Of a stretch of 64,000 nucleotides of DNA, positions 39,006-51,957 are shown piece after piece. Each line of letters starts with the position of its first letter. The stretch's first letter is position 1. The stretch covers positions 1,054,001-1,118,000 of the forward strand of contig JAYWIR010000041.1 of the NCBI GenBank assembly GCA_036172245.1. Reading direction: 5' to 3'. The stretch comes from Raillietiella orientalis. Taxonomy: Eukaryota. The position numbers and the translations under genes are program-made. Below the pieces are notes generated by a model that had not been told where the DNA came from, searched no databases, and saw nothing but the letters and a program-made list of their open reading frames with translations.

Positions 39006-41832
39006 CTGAAACACATTTTTTTTTTTGTGTGTGTGTGTGTGGGTGTGCCTCTTACAACACTTTCAAACAAAATCAAAACACAACCCTCGACCAGGGTCCT
39101 CTTTGACTAACCATGAAACGCGCGCACCTGCTTCTTTGTTTATTTACACTTTGCAACACAATAAAAACTGATGGAAAAGCATTAAATACTTCCCTTTAGC
39201 TGGCTGTATTGAATTCCCGATTGAATAAATGTGCTGAATAAATAACCGCCGACATGTGAAAGAAAGGGAGACAACTTAATTTCCTGTTGTTAGGGGGTTC
39301 CTTGTTCTTCCAAGACACGTCTGCTTAGCTGAATCTTTTCACAAAAGTTACCGAATCAGCAAAGATGAAATGAAACACCCCGGATTCACTTTTGGAAAGG
39401 AGGAAAAGAAATTGGTCCGGAAGACAAAAAAAGTGCTCATCCCGCTTCCCAGCTTCCACGATGATTATCAATAACAGAGGGAGACCTTGGATTTCAGGCA
39501 CCACTTAGAAGGCATTTGCAAGCACCGAAACCTCACGTAAATTGCAGCACGTCTGGGGTTAAACCTCAAGAAACGATTGTGGGAGGAATCGATTCCCCCT
39601 GGATAATCACAATATTTACAAAAACATTGAATTTGTTTAATGCGAGTCATTATCACATAAACGATTGTCGATAATTAAGCCGCGAACACCGTTTCGAGGA
39701 GGAGGCTTCTCTAGATTCTGGTGAGGATGGCGGTGAGGTGGTCCAGAATTCGCAGGATCGCGATCACTTTGTACGTATTCGTTCCCTGCCTTCCAAAGAT
39801 GTAATCCGCCACGTTCCATCCCACACCACAGTTTAAGATATTCCATTCATTTACCCTTATGAACAAGATGATGACGGTGCGTGCCAGGTGCCACCTTACT
39901 CATCATCACCGTAACACAGCACCCGGCACACACAATGACGAATCATTCTCCGGCATCGAAAAACAAAAAATGCTATCCTGTGCAGCCAGCGACTTCTGAG
40001 GGTACGATGTCTTTTACACGGAACATAGGTCCCGGGGGATCGTTTTAGCTTTGCACAGCGGAAGCCAACGTGTCACACGTTATGTCAATCTACAGGTCAG
40101 TTCGACGATCGCAAAAGGAACCAAACAGTAGGACGAGCGAACCGAATGCATGCCGTGAAATTCAGGAATTCATTAGGGTGCAAAAAGAGAGAATCCGTCC
40201 GACGAAAGACTTTGTGAATGGCAACCTCCGTGTAGAGAGAGAGGCAATACGAGCCGCGCGCCATTCCATGCCTTCCTCAACGACTCGAAAGTATTTACAA
40301 CTATGAAACTGACTTGGGGTTTCGAATATCAGCAGACCTTGAAGTGCAAATCACTCGATCCCTACCGAACGGTTTACTTAGCAGCCTCCAGCTCTTTTGA
40401 TGAAGTTCCTCCGAGTTCCACAACGCACGCAAATCAAATGCGGACATGCAAAATAACATCCTCTAAAAAAAATTTGCGCCCCTCCCCCCGTCCCAAGTGT
40501 CGAGGCAGACGGGATTCTTGCTGAAGCAATGCTTCTGAACACGGAAGCAACTTTCCCTGGGTCTTCTCCCACACAACAAATTCGAACCGTCGGAACTTTC
40601 ACTAGGGGAATCCTCCAGTAGGGACTACCATCGAGAACGTACACATCTTGGAAACGTACAATCGCAACCCAAAACAGTTCTTTTTTCACCAAATTCCAAG
40701 AGCTCTTCCTGCGTTGGGTTCATCGCACAACGCATCAGCAACTTCTCCTGCGATTGGCTCGGCATCTCCTCTTTGGAAGAAGAAGAAGAAAAAAAAAAAA
40801 AAAAAAAAAAAAAAAACGAAGTTACAGCGGTAAACAAATCGCGAGAACAAGTGTTGAGAAATACCAAGGTGGGAGTCGCAACGACAACCAAACAGCCAAA
40901 TTAGGGTGAACGCTGACCATCAGGTCACTTGGAAGACTCGCACGTGACCTGAAGAGATAAATTCGGCAAGCGTGTTCAAGGATTGAAGCAACTTCTGGTG
41001 AACTTCACTCGAATTTAGTTTTTACTGATGTGAACCACGAAAAAGATATTACGTCCTCGTTCGTGCCATACTGCTTTCATTACCGTTCAATGATGTACTC
41101 TGAGGTTATTTATTTAAGGCAAAATGCGAGCGAACCTCATAATGGACACCTACGAAATCTTCCTGTCAGCTTACGAAACCCACTCCTAGCAACCGAGTTT
41201 CTGCTCGGTTCCTAAGACACTGTCACTAGGATGGAGCTGGCTTAAACTAGTACAACCGAAGGAATGACCCTTCCACAACAGGTCACAGGTGTCAGGAAAG
41301 GGAGAAAAAAAAAAAAAAAAAAATAGCACTCGGTACGGAATACGTCGTTTTGATGCAAGAAGCTTGAAGCTCATCTGGACCGCTGTAGTAAACCCTTTAA
41401 ATATGTGGAACGGCGTAGGTCTGTTAATACATCTTTTTGAGGAGCATTTGCTATTCCCACAACAACGTCTGCCTCTCTGGAGAAGATCACTATAATCGAT
41501 GCTCCTAACTCACCATGAGAGGAAGACTCATCATTATTTCTACTAAGAACCGGAAGACACTTCCATAGAAGTGTTGCCCAGCAGCAGTTCTAGAAGCTTT
41601 CCAACTGAACCTAATCCGCTGGGAGGGATCTTTCCGAAACAAAACCTCAAAAGGCGAAAAGAGGCAAAAGAAGCCCAAAAACACTTCCTTGGGACATCAC
41701 GCTCGTACAATACTCGGAATTGTATGCAAAACGGTACGTTTCTGCGGCGACTACCAGAGTACTTTGCAAATTAACTAAGTTACACAACTGATAACAAACA
41801 AACAGATTAATGCACAATTTGTAACTGATTAA

Positions 41833-41878
<46 letters not shown>

Positions 41879-44800
41879 TAGCGGTAACAGAAACGGATAC
41901 CTCATCTGCATATCTGTCGATGTAGATATACAATTCCTTTAAGGCAGCGGAAGTGTCGAATTCATTGGTGTGTGATGCTGAGAGTTCTTGCAAACTGGCA
42001 TTTAGCTCTTGATCTGTTACACAACATGAACTCGAAATGTCAGCATAGAAACGCTCTAACATATTGCGGTAGTGGGGTATGTCTTTAGCAAACAAAAGTC
42101 TGCTGCAGGAGGAACTCTTCCCCAGCGGATGGACACAGTTCATGCAAGAGTCGAGGTAGGCCTGCGCAATAACCGTGAGGCAAACGTCGACGGAAGATGT
42201 TTTCTCGACATCCAAGATGATATCCGGATTCTTGATTAGGTTGATCCAAAACCGCAAGGGAAGGGAATTTGACTTCCAGGCGTGGGTCACTTCAGGATTG
42301 CCGATGCCGTAGGTGCCGGAAGCTTCCTCGAAGAAGTCAAATAGCCATTTCAAGGGTGGAGGAGTATTCTCGTTGAAGGTCATGATCGTTCGAAAAAAGT
42401 CGTCCAGGAACGTCTGAAGAACGGCTTTCGATGAAAGCAGCCGAGTCAAATAAACTTCGGGAACGGGCTTTGGCACAGTCACAAGGGAGGAAGAGTACTC
42501 GTTCATCAAGGGAACAAGATGAAAATACCGAAGAATGTAGCCATTGAGGGACGAGTGAGAAACGGCCGTGGTGGCTAGCACACCTATTGATAAAAGTGCT
42601 GGAGCTTTTTTCCTTTGGGGGAGGGGGGCTTCCCCCGGAGATACGCTTACCGTGTGGAATATAATTATCATTCTGTTTGGGGACGAGCGCCATCACAGCC
42701 ATATCTTTGATTCCATAGTGGGACAGCGTATTCAACCTCCTCCACTCCCCGACTGCTTCGGTTGTCAGGTCTTCATCCGACAGAATGAGACGACCACCTC
42801 TTCCGCTTCGCCATTCTGCAATGCAAATCATTCCTGAAGACGACCGACGAGTTGGCAGGACCCACCACCCGAAGAATTTTGTGAGAAGAGACAAAGAAAC
42901 AGGAATCTCGACTGGGTCAAAGAGTTCCAACAACGTGTCAAGATGGGGGTGGGGAAGTATGCAAGGTTTTCCCGGAAGCCACACTTTTTTTGGACATTTG
43001 CGATTCCCATGCCTTTCAAACTATGTCGCATTCACCTATTCATCTCGAGGCCTCGGTTTCCCACGAAAGTAGGCACATGGGATCTTATCTGTCTTCATCA
43101 TCACTTTATTCCTGCACGCCAATACACTGCGTATTGGCACCTGCACGCGGTTCAGACGAAGAAAAAAACATTCTTTTCGATCGTCTGCCATGAGTTCATT
43201 GGAATAATGTAACAGGAAGTCGAAGTTTCGTGAAAATGTTCCGGGAACCATAATTACTATCAATCTATCGCCCAGATTTCCTGTGTGTCTTTCTTGAATC
43301 AGCCTCTTGGCGTCCGACTCTCGGGATCTCTTCAATGGCGGCGGTGGGCTCCACGGAAAGCATCCGTCGCAAGCTGCGGACCCGAGAGGATGGCTCGTGC
43401 CCCACGGTGCTGCGGAGCGGCAGAGTGCATTAGCATGACAAGAGGTGGGTTCCTCAGGAATGCGATCACAATAAAACACGACTGCCCAAAAATGTAAACA
43501 ACAAAAATAGGGGATGAGTAATGTTACAAGATGCATGAGGAGCTCCACACCCTCCAGCATTTAAAACCAAAGACTCAAATGTGTGAAGATGATATTCCGA
43601 AAGAAGGCCATTAGAAAAAAAAAGGGGGGGGGGGGAGGGGGTTGAAAACACGAATTTCGTAAAGGATGGTGATTAGCAGCTTATCTGCTGTGAAAATCTT
43701 CAGGGGGTTTCTCCTGTCAGCGAGAAAAAAAGGAACGAAAAAAGGAGACGCCCGTGATTCCTCAAACCAACAACCCAAAATGCGGAAACACCTCGAAACC
43801 TGGAAAACGGACCCTCCCCGTGTTGCACGTCTTTTCTCCATCTGAACTGATGCTTTCGTTGAAGCGGGAAGGTGCCCAGGGGGGGGCCGTTGCGCTGAAC
43901 GCTTTCAGCTCTTCGCCACCAAGCACATTAGGCGAAGACAGCGCTGCTCAAGAGAAGGCGAGTCTGGATGGGCCCCAAACGCACTGTCGAAAAGAAACAA
44001 CAAAATCCACCGCGCAACTCCGAATGCTGGGGACAAGTGCTGAAACCCATCTTCCGGTCAGCTTTCGGGATGATGACGACGACGACGATGATGATTCGAG
44101 ATGCTTGTCGAGATGCTCTTGCACGCAAAGAAAACAAAATTCATCCAACCATCCCCGACATGAGCAAATGCTGAAAACAGGAGGGGAAAAAAAAGTCTTC
44201 TAGCGATTCCTGGCCTTACGCAGAGGTGTTACGCCATTTTGCATCCAAGAGCGTCACGCAACGTCGCAAATGGCTGACGAAAAATTCTGTGACCGCAAGA
44301 TGAAAAGCACACGGAACATTTCAAAAAATCGTGTTGCAACGGAATCGACCAATTATCCAGCCCTATTATCTTTGATTAACTGCATAATTTACGCATGAAG
44401 GAAGCAACAAATAAGGGTGAGAGAGGAAAAAGAGATTGCAACAAGAAACGGCTAATTCCCTTTCGCGACACTGCCGACAGTTTCCATGGTACGACGAAAC
44501 ACGTTGGATGAATTACGCTCGATAAAACACCAGGTGTTCCGAAACGGAAAAGTGCAGAGTGAGCGAAACACCTGTGGACACAACCTGCACAGTGCCACTC
44601 ACCGAACACCGCCACCCAAAACGCAATGAGAGAGAGTAACGACCCGACACGGCGCTGTCCAATCTGCCCCAAAGTCTACAGGCATTCCTCGTGGAAATGT
44701 GGTTGAGCAGCAGCAGGAACCCCAGCTGGCCACAGCACATCCACTGCTGAAGAGCTCTGCAATCACCACCGTTACTGCACCGACGGATTCTCCTTCGAGA

Positions 44801-46104
44801 TGCGAAGCCACAAAACGCGATCCTCAAAGAACCGAAGAACCCTCCTAAAGAGCTCAAAGACTGAAACTCTTTTGCATGAGTAAAGCTGTCCCCATCAGGA
44901 CACAATACAGATCAACCTTCAGCCTCCGCTATACACGGCGTGGAAAACTCTACTGTGTAGCGTGTCTACACAACACGCACCACAAAGCCTTGCTTCAAAA
45001 AGGGGGGGAAGCATCGAGGACTCTTTTTTTTACAAACTAATCTGCACGTTGTATTCTCCTTATTACGATTACGAATCCAATAAATTTTTGAACAGAATGG
45101 AGCACACAGCTGTTGCAGGAACCTTTCCACCACCAAGAGCAGCGTACCTGCACACGTGAAGGTCAACATTACCTTTCTCAGCAGAAGAGACAGCTGTGAA
45201 AAACACGAAGACTAGAAAAACGGTTCAATAGTTCGGAAGTTGCTCGACATTGGGAAACACAAATCGACACTCCAATGATAAAAACAGCCCCATGGCGGCG
45301 AATGTCATACCTAAGTCCAGTTCATCGATGGTGGGTCTCCTGCTGTAGGCAGTGGTGCGATACAGCGCATCCAAAAGTTTGCTCTTCACTTGACTGATGG
45401 TGTCGCAGTCCAAAACTCTGCAAATGATTTTCCCTTCCGAGTGACTGGATGTGCTGGACAGAGTCTAAAATGCAATCCGATGAGGAAAGTGACCGCACCA
45501 CTTCGCCCAAGCGCACGCAACCGGATATGCGCAAACACGCACACGCGTCCCACGTACATGAACCTGGGACACATCTTTCGCCCCCCCCCCCCCCCCCCCT
45601 CCAATCAACTGAATGAACAAGATAATGAATGTTCGCAGGGAGGAGGCAACTCATCTGCACAAACGGTAAACAAACTTGCATCCGCCAATACACAAACGGT
45701 GCAGCAGTCGCACTTCCTCTCGTTTCTCAGGAAACGGAGCTCGGCGACCGGAATCGCGAACACAATCTCGGTTCAAAACTTCAGCCTTACCTGACTTGAG
45801 GGATAGCTGATTTTTTCGTACTGAGGTTCGTCGGATATCAAGTGAACAATCTGAAATGGGGAAACAAAACAAAACGTTAATTGGAGTTGTCGCGAATAGA
45901 TGGCACTGTTATTCACGGCCGGCGGCACCGCTTGTCGCGCGAAAAAATCGTGGAGAGCGGCGGCGATGGTGCCGATTCAAAAGCCAACGCGCTGAAGAAC
46001 ACTGAAAACAGCGAAACACCGACTCTGCGCTATAGCTTTCCTAACCTCACGGAACGTCCAGGAAACGAGGGAAAATGGCATATACTAACGGTTACCGTCA
46101 TTAA

Positions 46105-46136
<32 letters not shown>

Positions 46137-48469
46137 CTCCACATGCACTAAGGCACACATGTGCAGTCTTTTTACATGCCATCCAGGCAAGGAAAAAACG
46201 TCGAAAACACGAGTCCACACTATTTCAAAACCACGAGGCAATCGACGAGAAAGCTCCTTCCAAACAAGTGCAAACACACTATGTGTTGACACCTAATCAC
46301 TTGGCAAAGAGAGAAGGAAGGCGCCGACGGTACGAACAGGCAGGCCAGCCGTACTGTGGAAACGCCGAGACGAGGAACTCTTTTTTCTTCCTCTTCTTCT
46401 TCTGATTCGGCGGTTCCTCTCTTTCTCTGTCTGCCTTTGTTTGAGGAGATCGGATCTTTTACTTCTGCGTAGCGTTCAGCACAACAGACAAACCCTGAAG
46501 TCATCGCGATTCCGAAGACATCCCTGAAACAAGTTTGTTGTGCGCTTTTTGGTATCCCTGTTCCGTGTTTCGAGAAAACACACACACACATTGCTGCAGC
46601 AGCCACAAGGGCTGCATGACCACGAAGAAAAACAACCTGAGACGATCTTGATGGAAGGAAACCATCAAGCAAACCTATGCAAACCTTGATGGAAGGGCGC
46701 TTGCACAGATCGTAAGGTTTGCTACCTCCCGTGACTGCTGCGACTAACTCGTGGAAGTGTACACGATTTTGTACGCCATCAGTGAAGCATTTGCAACCGT
46801 TCCTAAAAGCATTCGTAGAGTGCGCATTTTTGATTTCTCCTCAGATAAAAAACCAAAGAGCCTCTGATTAAGATGGAATACATCTGCAACCGTGCAATTA
46901 CACTTTAGATCCCCCGTGATTGATTTTTATCTTTCTCCACATCAACCTTTGCTACTGAACACTATAAAGATTAATTAACAGAAACCTTCCGAGGCTTTTA
47001 CACTTCATGGAGTGTGCATCTCGAACGCATTTGCATATCTGCATGAAGTCGTCCATAAACCCGTCCAAAGGGGCGAGCAGCTGAAGACGCTTAAAACGCG
47101 AATTTCAGCTCTTTATTCGAATTGCTGCAATCTCGCATCCACTTTCGCTTCATCGAAATTTTCAGTGGTCCACTTTCGTTTCATCCAAATCATTAGTTCA
47201 GTGATCTTGAGCGACGGCGAAAACTGCGAACCCGCACCGGAATTCCCTCCAACTTGAAACTCTTTGGCGCACGCTATTCGCGACCCCATGCAACTGATCG
47301 GCCACACGGATTGTGCACAGCCCATAGACAATTATCGTCTTCCACTCTGTCGAAAAGTCATGTCACCTACGATAGGTCCCGTACCCCCACAACGCCACCC
47401 TGCAAAAAGACGAGGAAACACACTTACGACTGTCTTATAGTTCACGCGCTCCTTCAACAGCTTCTCTTCAGACAAAGAGAAGTGGCTTTCGCAAGTTACT
47501 TGATCAACAGGTCCTTTTTCTATGTGCAGTTTGACGGCATGAAACAGCAGATAGAGGGGCATTACAGCCTGATCCCTTAAGAATTTGTACATGCACATGG
47601 CCACCCAATTGGTGAGCATTTTTTCAACTATGGACTCCGTGCGACGGAGCATAACGTGAGGATGCTTGGCTTGGGACGTCGTTTGGATGAGCTTCGTCAG
47701 CAGCGTCTTCAGGACATCGGTCAGGTACTCCATATTCGTCATCAAGATGATACAGAGTAAAGAAGCCACGTTCACCCTGGAAAAAGAAAAGAAAAAAAAA
47801 AAAAACAAGATGGGTTTGCAGGCGTCGACGATTAACGCAGCACTCCATGCCACAGCCGACTTCTTGGATTACGACCGGAAAATGGGAAGGAAGGAAGCGG
47901 AATGAAGTAAGGAAGATGGTCGGCCGAGCTCCACGAGGGCTCTCGGACTCGATGGCGCCCCTCCACTTGGCTCGGCGCTTAAGCGCTCGGACGGAAATGG
48001 AAAAAGGAAGTGTGCCGAACTGAGCGAGCAAGACGTGGCGAACCACCGGCTAGGAAGAAACGGACTCCGTCCGATGGAGAAGGTTACTCGGATTTCCTTC
48101 CTCCGAGGAGGGCGTTCCCCACCACGAAGCAACGGCAGGCTGCAAACCGTCCTTCGGAAAACAAACAACACGGCGGCTGCGGTGTTTTCCCTGAACGTTT
48201 GGGCAGATTTACAAATCGTAACTCCAGGTCTCAATCGCGCGAACCTGAGCTCATGTTTCATAGAAACCATCTGTTGCTATGAAACCACATCCACCATATA
48301 AAGCGAACATGTTACAGCAAAAGCATTCGGAAGGGCACGAGATGAATGTAAAGTGAGGGATCGAGCCATCCTGCTGGAGCAACGAGGTCATCAAAAGGAT
48401 GAAATTGCAGAAAAAGGCGAAAGCTTCAAATTGATGGTGATTGATGAAAATCCAGAACACGGCAAGCAA

Positions 48470-48500
<31 letters not shown>

Positions 48501-51500
48501 TCAGCAGCATGTGTCTCGTGTCTTTCTTCAGAATCCTGGATTACTGTCGCACCTCGAAAGTGCCCCTACGACCAATAATCTCTTCAAAGGTTTCCGCGAT
48601 GGCACTCGCGACGAAGAATTTGCAGCTCCCGCATCAGAAATCACCAAACTCACGCTCGCGCGGCAGAGGACGAGGAAGGAAACTGTGACGAACGCTCACT
48701 GTAGCAACCACTCAAACTATGATGCACTGGAGCATCTTCAAGAATCTTTACGCTGCTGTGCGGCGTGGACTTTTTTTTTTTCATACCGAGGTTCAAGAAC
48801 TACTTCTTGTAAATGAAAGAGAATGTAAAAAGGCATGGGAAGGAAGGAAGAAAGGAAGAAAAAAAGACTCACTTTTCTCTTATCGTGAAGGACTTTTGTC
48901 TCCCCAGCACATCTATCAGCGTGACCAAGAAATGCTTGTTGTTGATCAGCTGTTCCAAGCGAAGTATTGCCACATCGTAATTCGTTCTTACTGTATCATC
49001 TCTGAGCTAAAAAATCAAAAAAAATAAAAAGGAAAAAGGAAAAAAAAAAAAAAAAAACGGAAAGGGAGAAAAAATGAGGAGAAGAAATGTTCCCCGAATT
49101 CTCGGTGGTAACGTTGGAAACCGAATCAGGCCACTCTTCCACAGACACCTTTCCAGGGATCGACACCATCACGTGACGTGGTGCAACACAACTGTATGCG
49201 GAACGTTTGGAGGAAGAAGCAACCTTTGCACGAAGATAGAAATAGGAACCTATTTCACAGAATAGAATCTGACACGTCATCGGGCGTTGAAATCGAAACG
49301 ATCGACCTTAGCGGCATAGAGGAATTTGATGAGGAAATTTGCTAAAAGTCATGATGAGCATGAAGGTGAAATAGGTTTCGAATTGGAACTAATTGGGGAT
49401 ACTTCAGCCAAAATTTCTCTGTGAGAATCGGTAAGGAATGAATGCCATCATGCGGAGCAACGAGGGCACCTTTCGAATGCTAGGTCAACTTCCTGGTAAG
49501 AAGGGGGGGGGGGGGGACTAATCGGCCTGAAGAAGATCTGAACATCAACGTTTATGCTAAACGCATGTGCGTGGGCAGGTAGGTACGTAAACACACACAA
49601 TACTTGCGACAGGTGACATATCTACTTGCATACGATTGCTTGCCTGCCTGCTTGACGATGCACAAAAGTAGCTCTGATGAAAAGTAACTCACTTCAACTA
49701 AAAAGCGTGACGAAAGCAGAAGTGCCGGCGCACAGGCAAAAATCGGAGGTCACTTCAAGAAAAAAATGGTAGCGCGCTAATTCGTCAGCTGCCCTAAACT
49801 AAGCTTTGGCTGTTTCCAAGAAGCGCTGCAGCTGCTGGACATCCCCTGCAGGGTTCCTCGTGGACATGAACGGTAAGTTTTCTTGATGACCGGAGGGCAG
49901 CGAAGAGAGAGAGAGAAAAAAAAATTCTCCTCTCCATAAAAGAATCGCCAAAAGAGAATTCTCCTCTCTATAAAAGCCACGAAGAAATGAGAATTTGTCC
50001 CCTTCTTTCGTTTCTACGGATACATTCTAAATTTACCGGCCATTTAGAATGCGGCTGATCAGCATAAAACACACACGCATTTGTAGGTGTTCCCAGTCTA
50101 CAGGATGGAAGGAACGTACTCTCCTGGAGGAAATCCCAAACAAAGTTCCATAAACTCTCTAAACGGACGCTATCAAACTGGGCGGGGTGGGGCGCGTTCC
50201 GAGGACCAGCGGCGGTCATCCCCCAATCCCGTCCCGAGGCCATGGCACGTTGCTCTCAACATCCCAAACGGTTCGTTGGCGATGGTCCTCCACAGTGGCT
50301 CTCCCCCCCCCCCCCCCCGGGACGTAGCTCTCCCACCCGACCAAGTTTGCCGTGTTTTGGAAAGACACCACACGGACAGGACGCAAGGAGGAACTTGGAG
50401 GACACACCCGCAAAAGCAAAAAAGAAGGCTACAAATGAAAACTGTTACCTTGGAGTAATTCAACACCGGATGCTCTAAGACACCGGGAAAGAAAACTTTC
50501 ATTATGTACACTCGGTGAATATTAACAGGAACGGCACATATTCCATTTCCAGACATCAATCGAGATATATCGGAGTGCAGTTCGGACAAGGCTGCAACAG
50601 AATTGTGAAAGCAGGTGTGGCTGATGCTACAGTGGGAATGGGATTTTTTTTTTAAAAAAAAAAAATAAATAAATAAAAAAAAGCGATCTCAAAACTCAAA
50701 TTCAAGCCATAATTCTGGGAAAGATAGGGCACAAAAAGAATATACTAAAAGGTACCCCACACCAAATAACGAAGACGAGAAATGAAGTACCCGAAGCGTG
50801 GATGCCGCCACTTTGCTTATGATCCCAGGTGCACATTTGGGCGAAAGCTATAAAAACACACAAGAGAAAATTAATAGAAATCAAATGAGAAACAGAACAT
50901 CGGTCGTAGGTGCTCAAAATGTACTGTTTTTATTATCTCGCGAGAAAAAGAGGCGTGCTTACCTTGCTTGCACTCGTGGCGTATGTTGTTTTCCAAGCTA
51001 TCCATCTGTATCCGAATGCGTTTGTACTCCCTCTCCGCTAATCGGGATTTACGACGGTACACGAACAGCATGCCCAGGAAGAGCAGGACGAGGAACAAGA
51101 TGGCGGAGCAGATTCCTGCTATGGCTTCGGAAGGAAGAAGGTGCGGGATCACGTTTTCGTAACGCAAGGACCCGATTACGAAGCGCAGGTTCCCGACCGT
51201 CACCGTCACCACGGGCGAACGGGAACCCGTGGGAATGCCCAGGTCGTCGGTGGGCAGCGGCTCTCGCTCAGGAGGCACGCAGATCAGCTGGGTCATGGCT
51301 ACGGAGGTGATGTTGCACGCGATGGTGCCGATGCTGACCGTCACATCGAGCTCGTCGCTGGCGGAGTTCAGGTTTTCCCCCTTGAAAGCAGAGGTGGACA
51401 CACCAAATCGCACAGATCAGTTGGTACCTCGATGACCAGCGCGTCTCCTTTGTAATGCTTGACACGGTTCGAGAACTCGAAGTAAACTGGGTTCTTCACG

Positions 51501-51922
51501 TAGAGCATGGTAGACTTCAGTCCCTTATTATGCTTCGTGAGATCGAGGAGGCTGGATACATTATCCATAATGAATCCCACTCTCAGCACGGCAAACGGAG
51601 CGGTCACGTGAGGTGACGAACGCCTCAACATGTTCGACGGGCCCTTTTGGCTCTGCACACGTTTTAGGTCGATGGCAGGACTAGCACAAATCATGTGCGA
51701 CTGATCCCGGATCTGGCACATCTAAAAGAGAATCGGATTCAATGACCAAAGGGGGACAGCCGACACATCAAACCCGGGGACCCGGAGGAGGAGCACGGCG
51801 TCGCAGAATCCCCCACGAATCTCAGCCACCACCGTTGCTTGGAGGACGAAAACCGCGACCGGAGAGCGAAACGCAGCCGTTGGGATGAAAAGGTGTCATG
51901 CGCGCACACACATAACGTATAC

Positions 51923-51957
<35 letters not shown>

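Noticed and set aside
40920..40994. Alternative last plexin exon (KLLQSLNT...)
   Set aside because: Weak acceptor and poor similarity; exon 38898-39005 matches the PlexB C-terminus far better.
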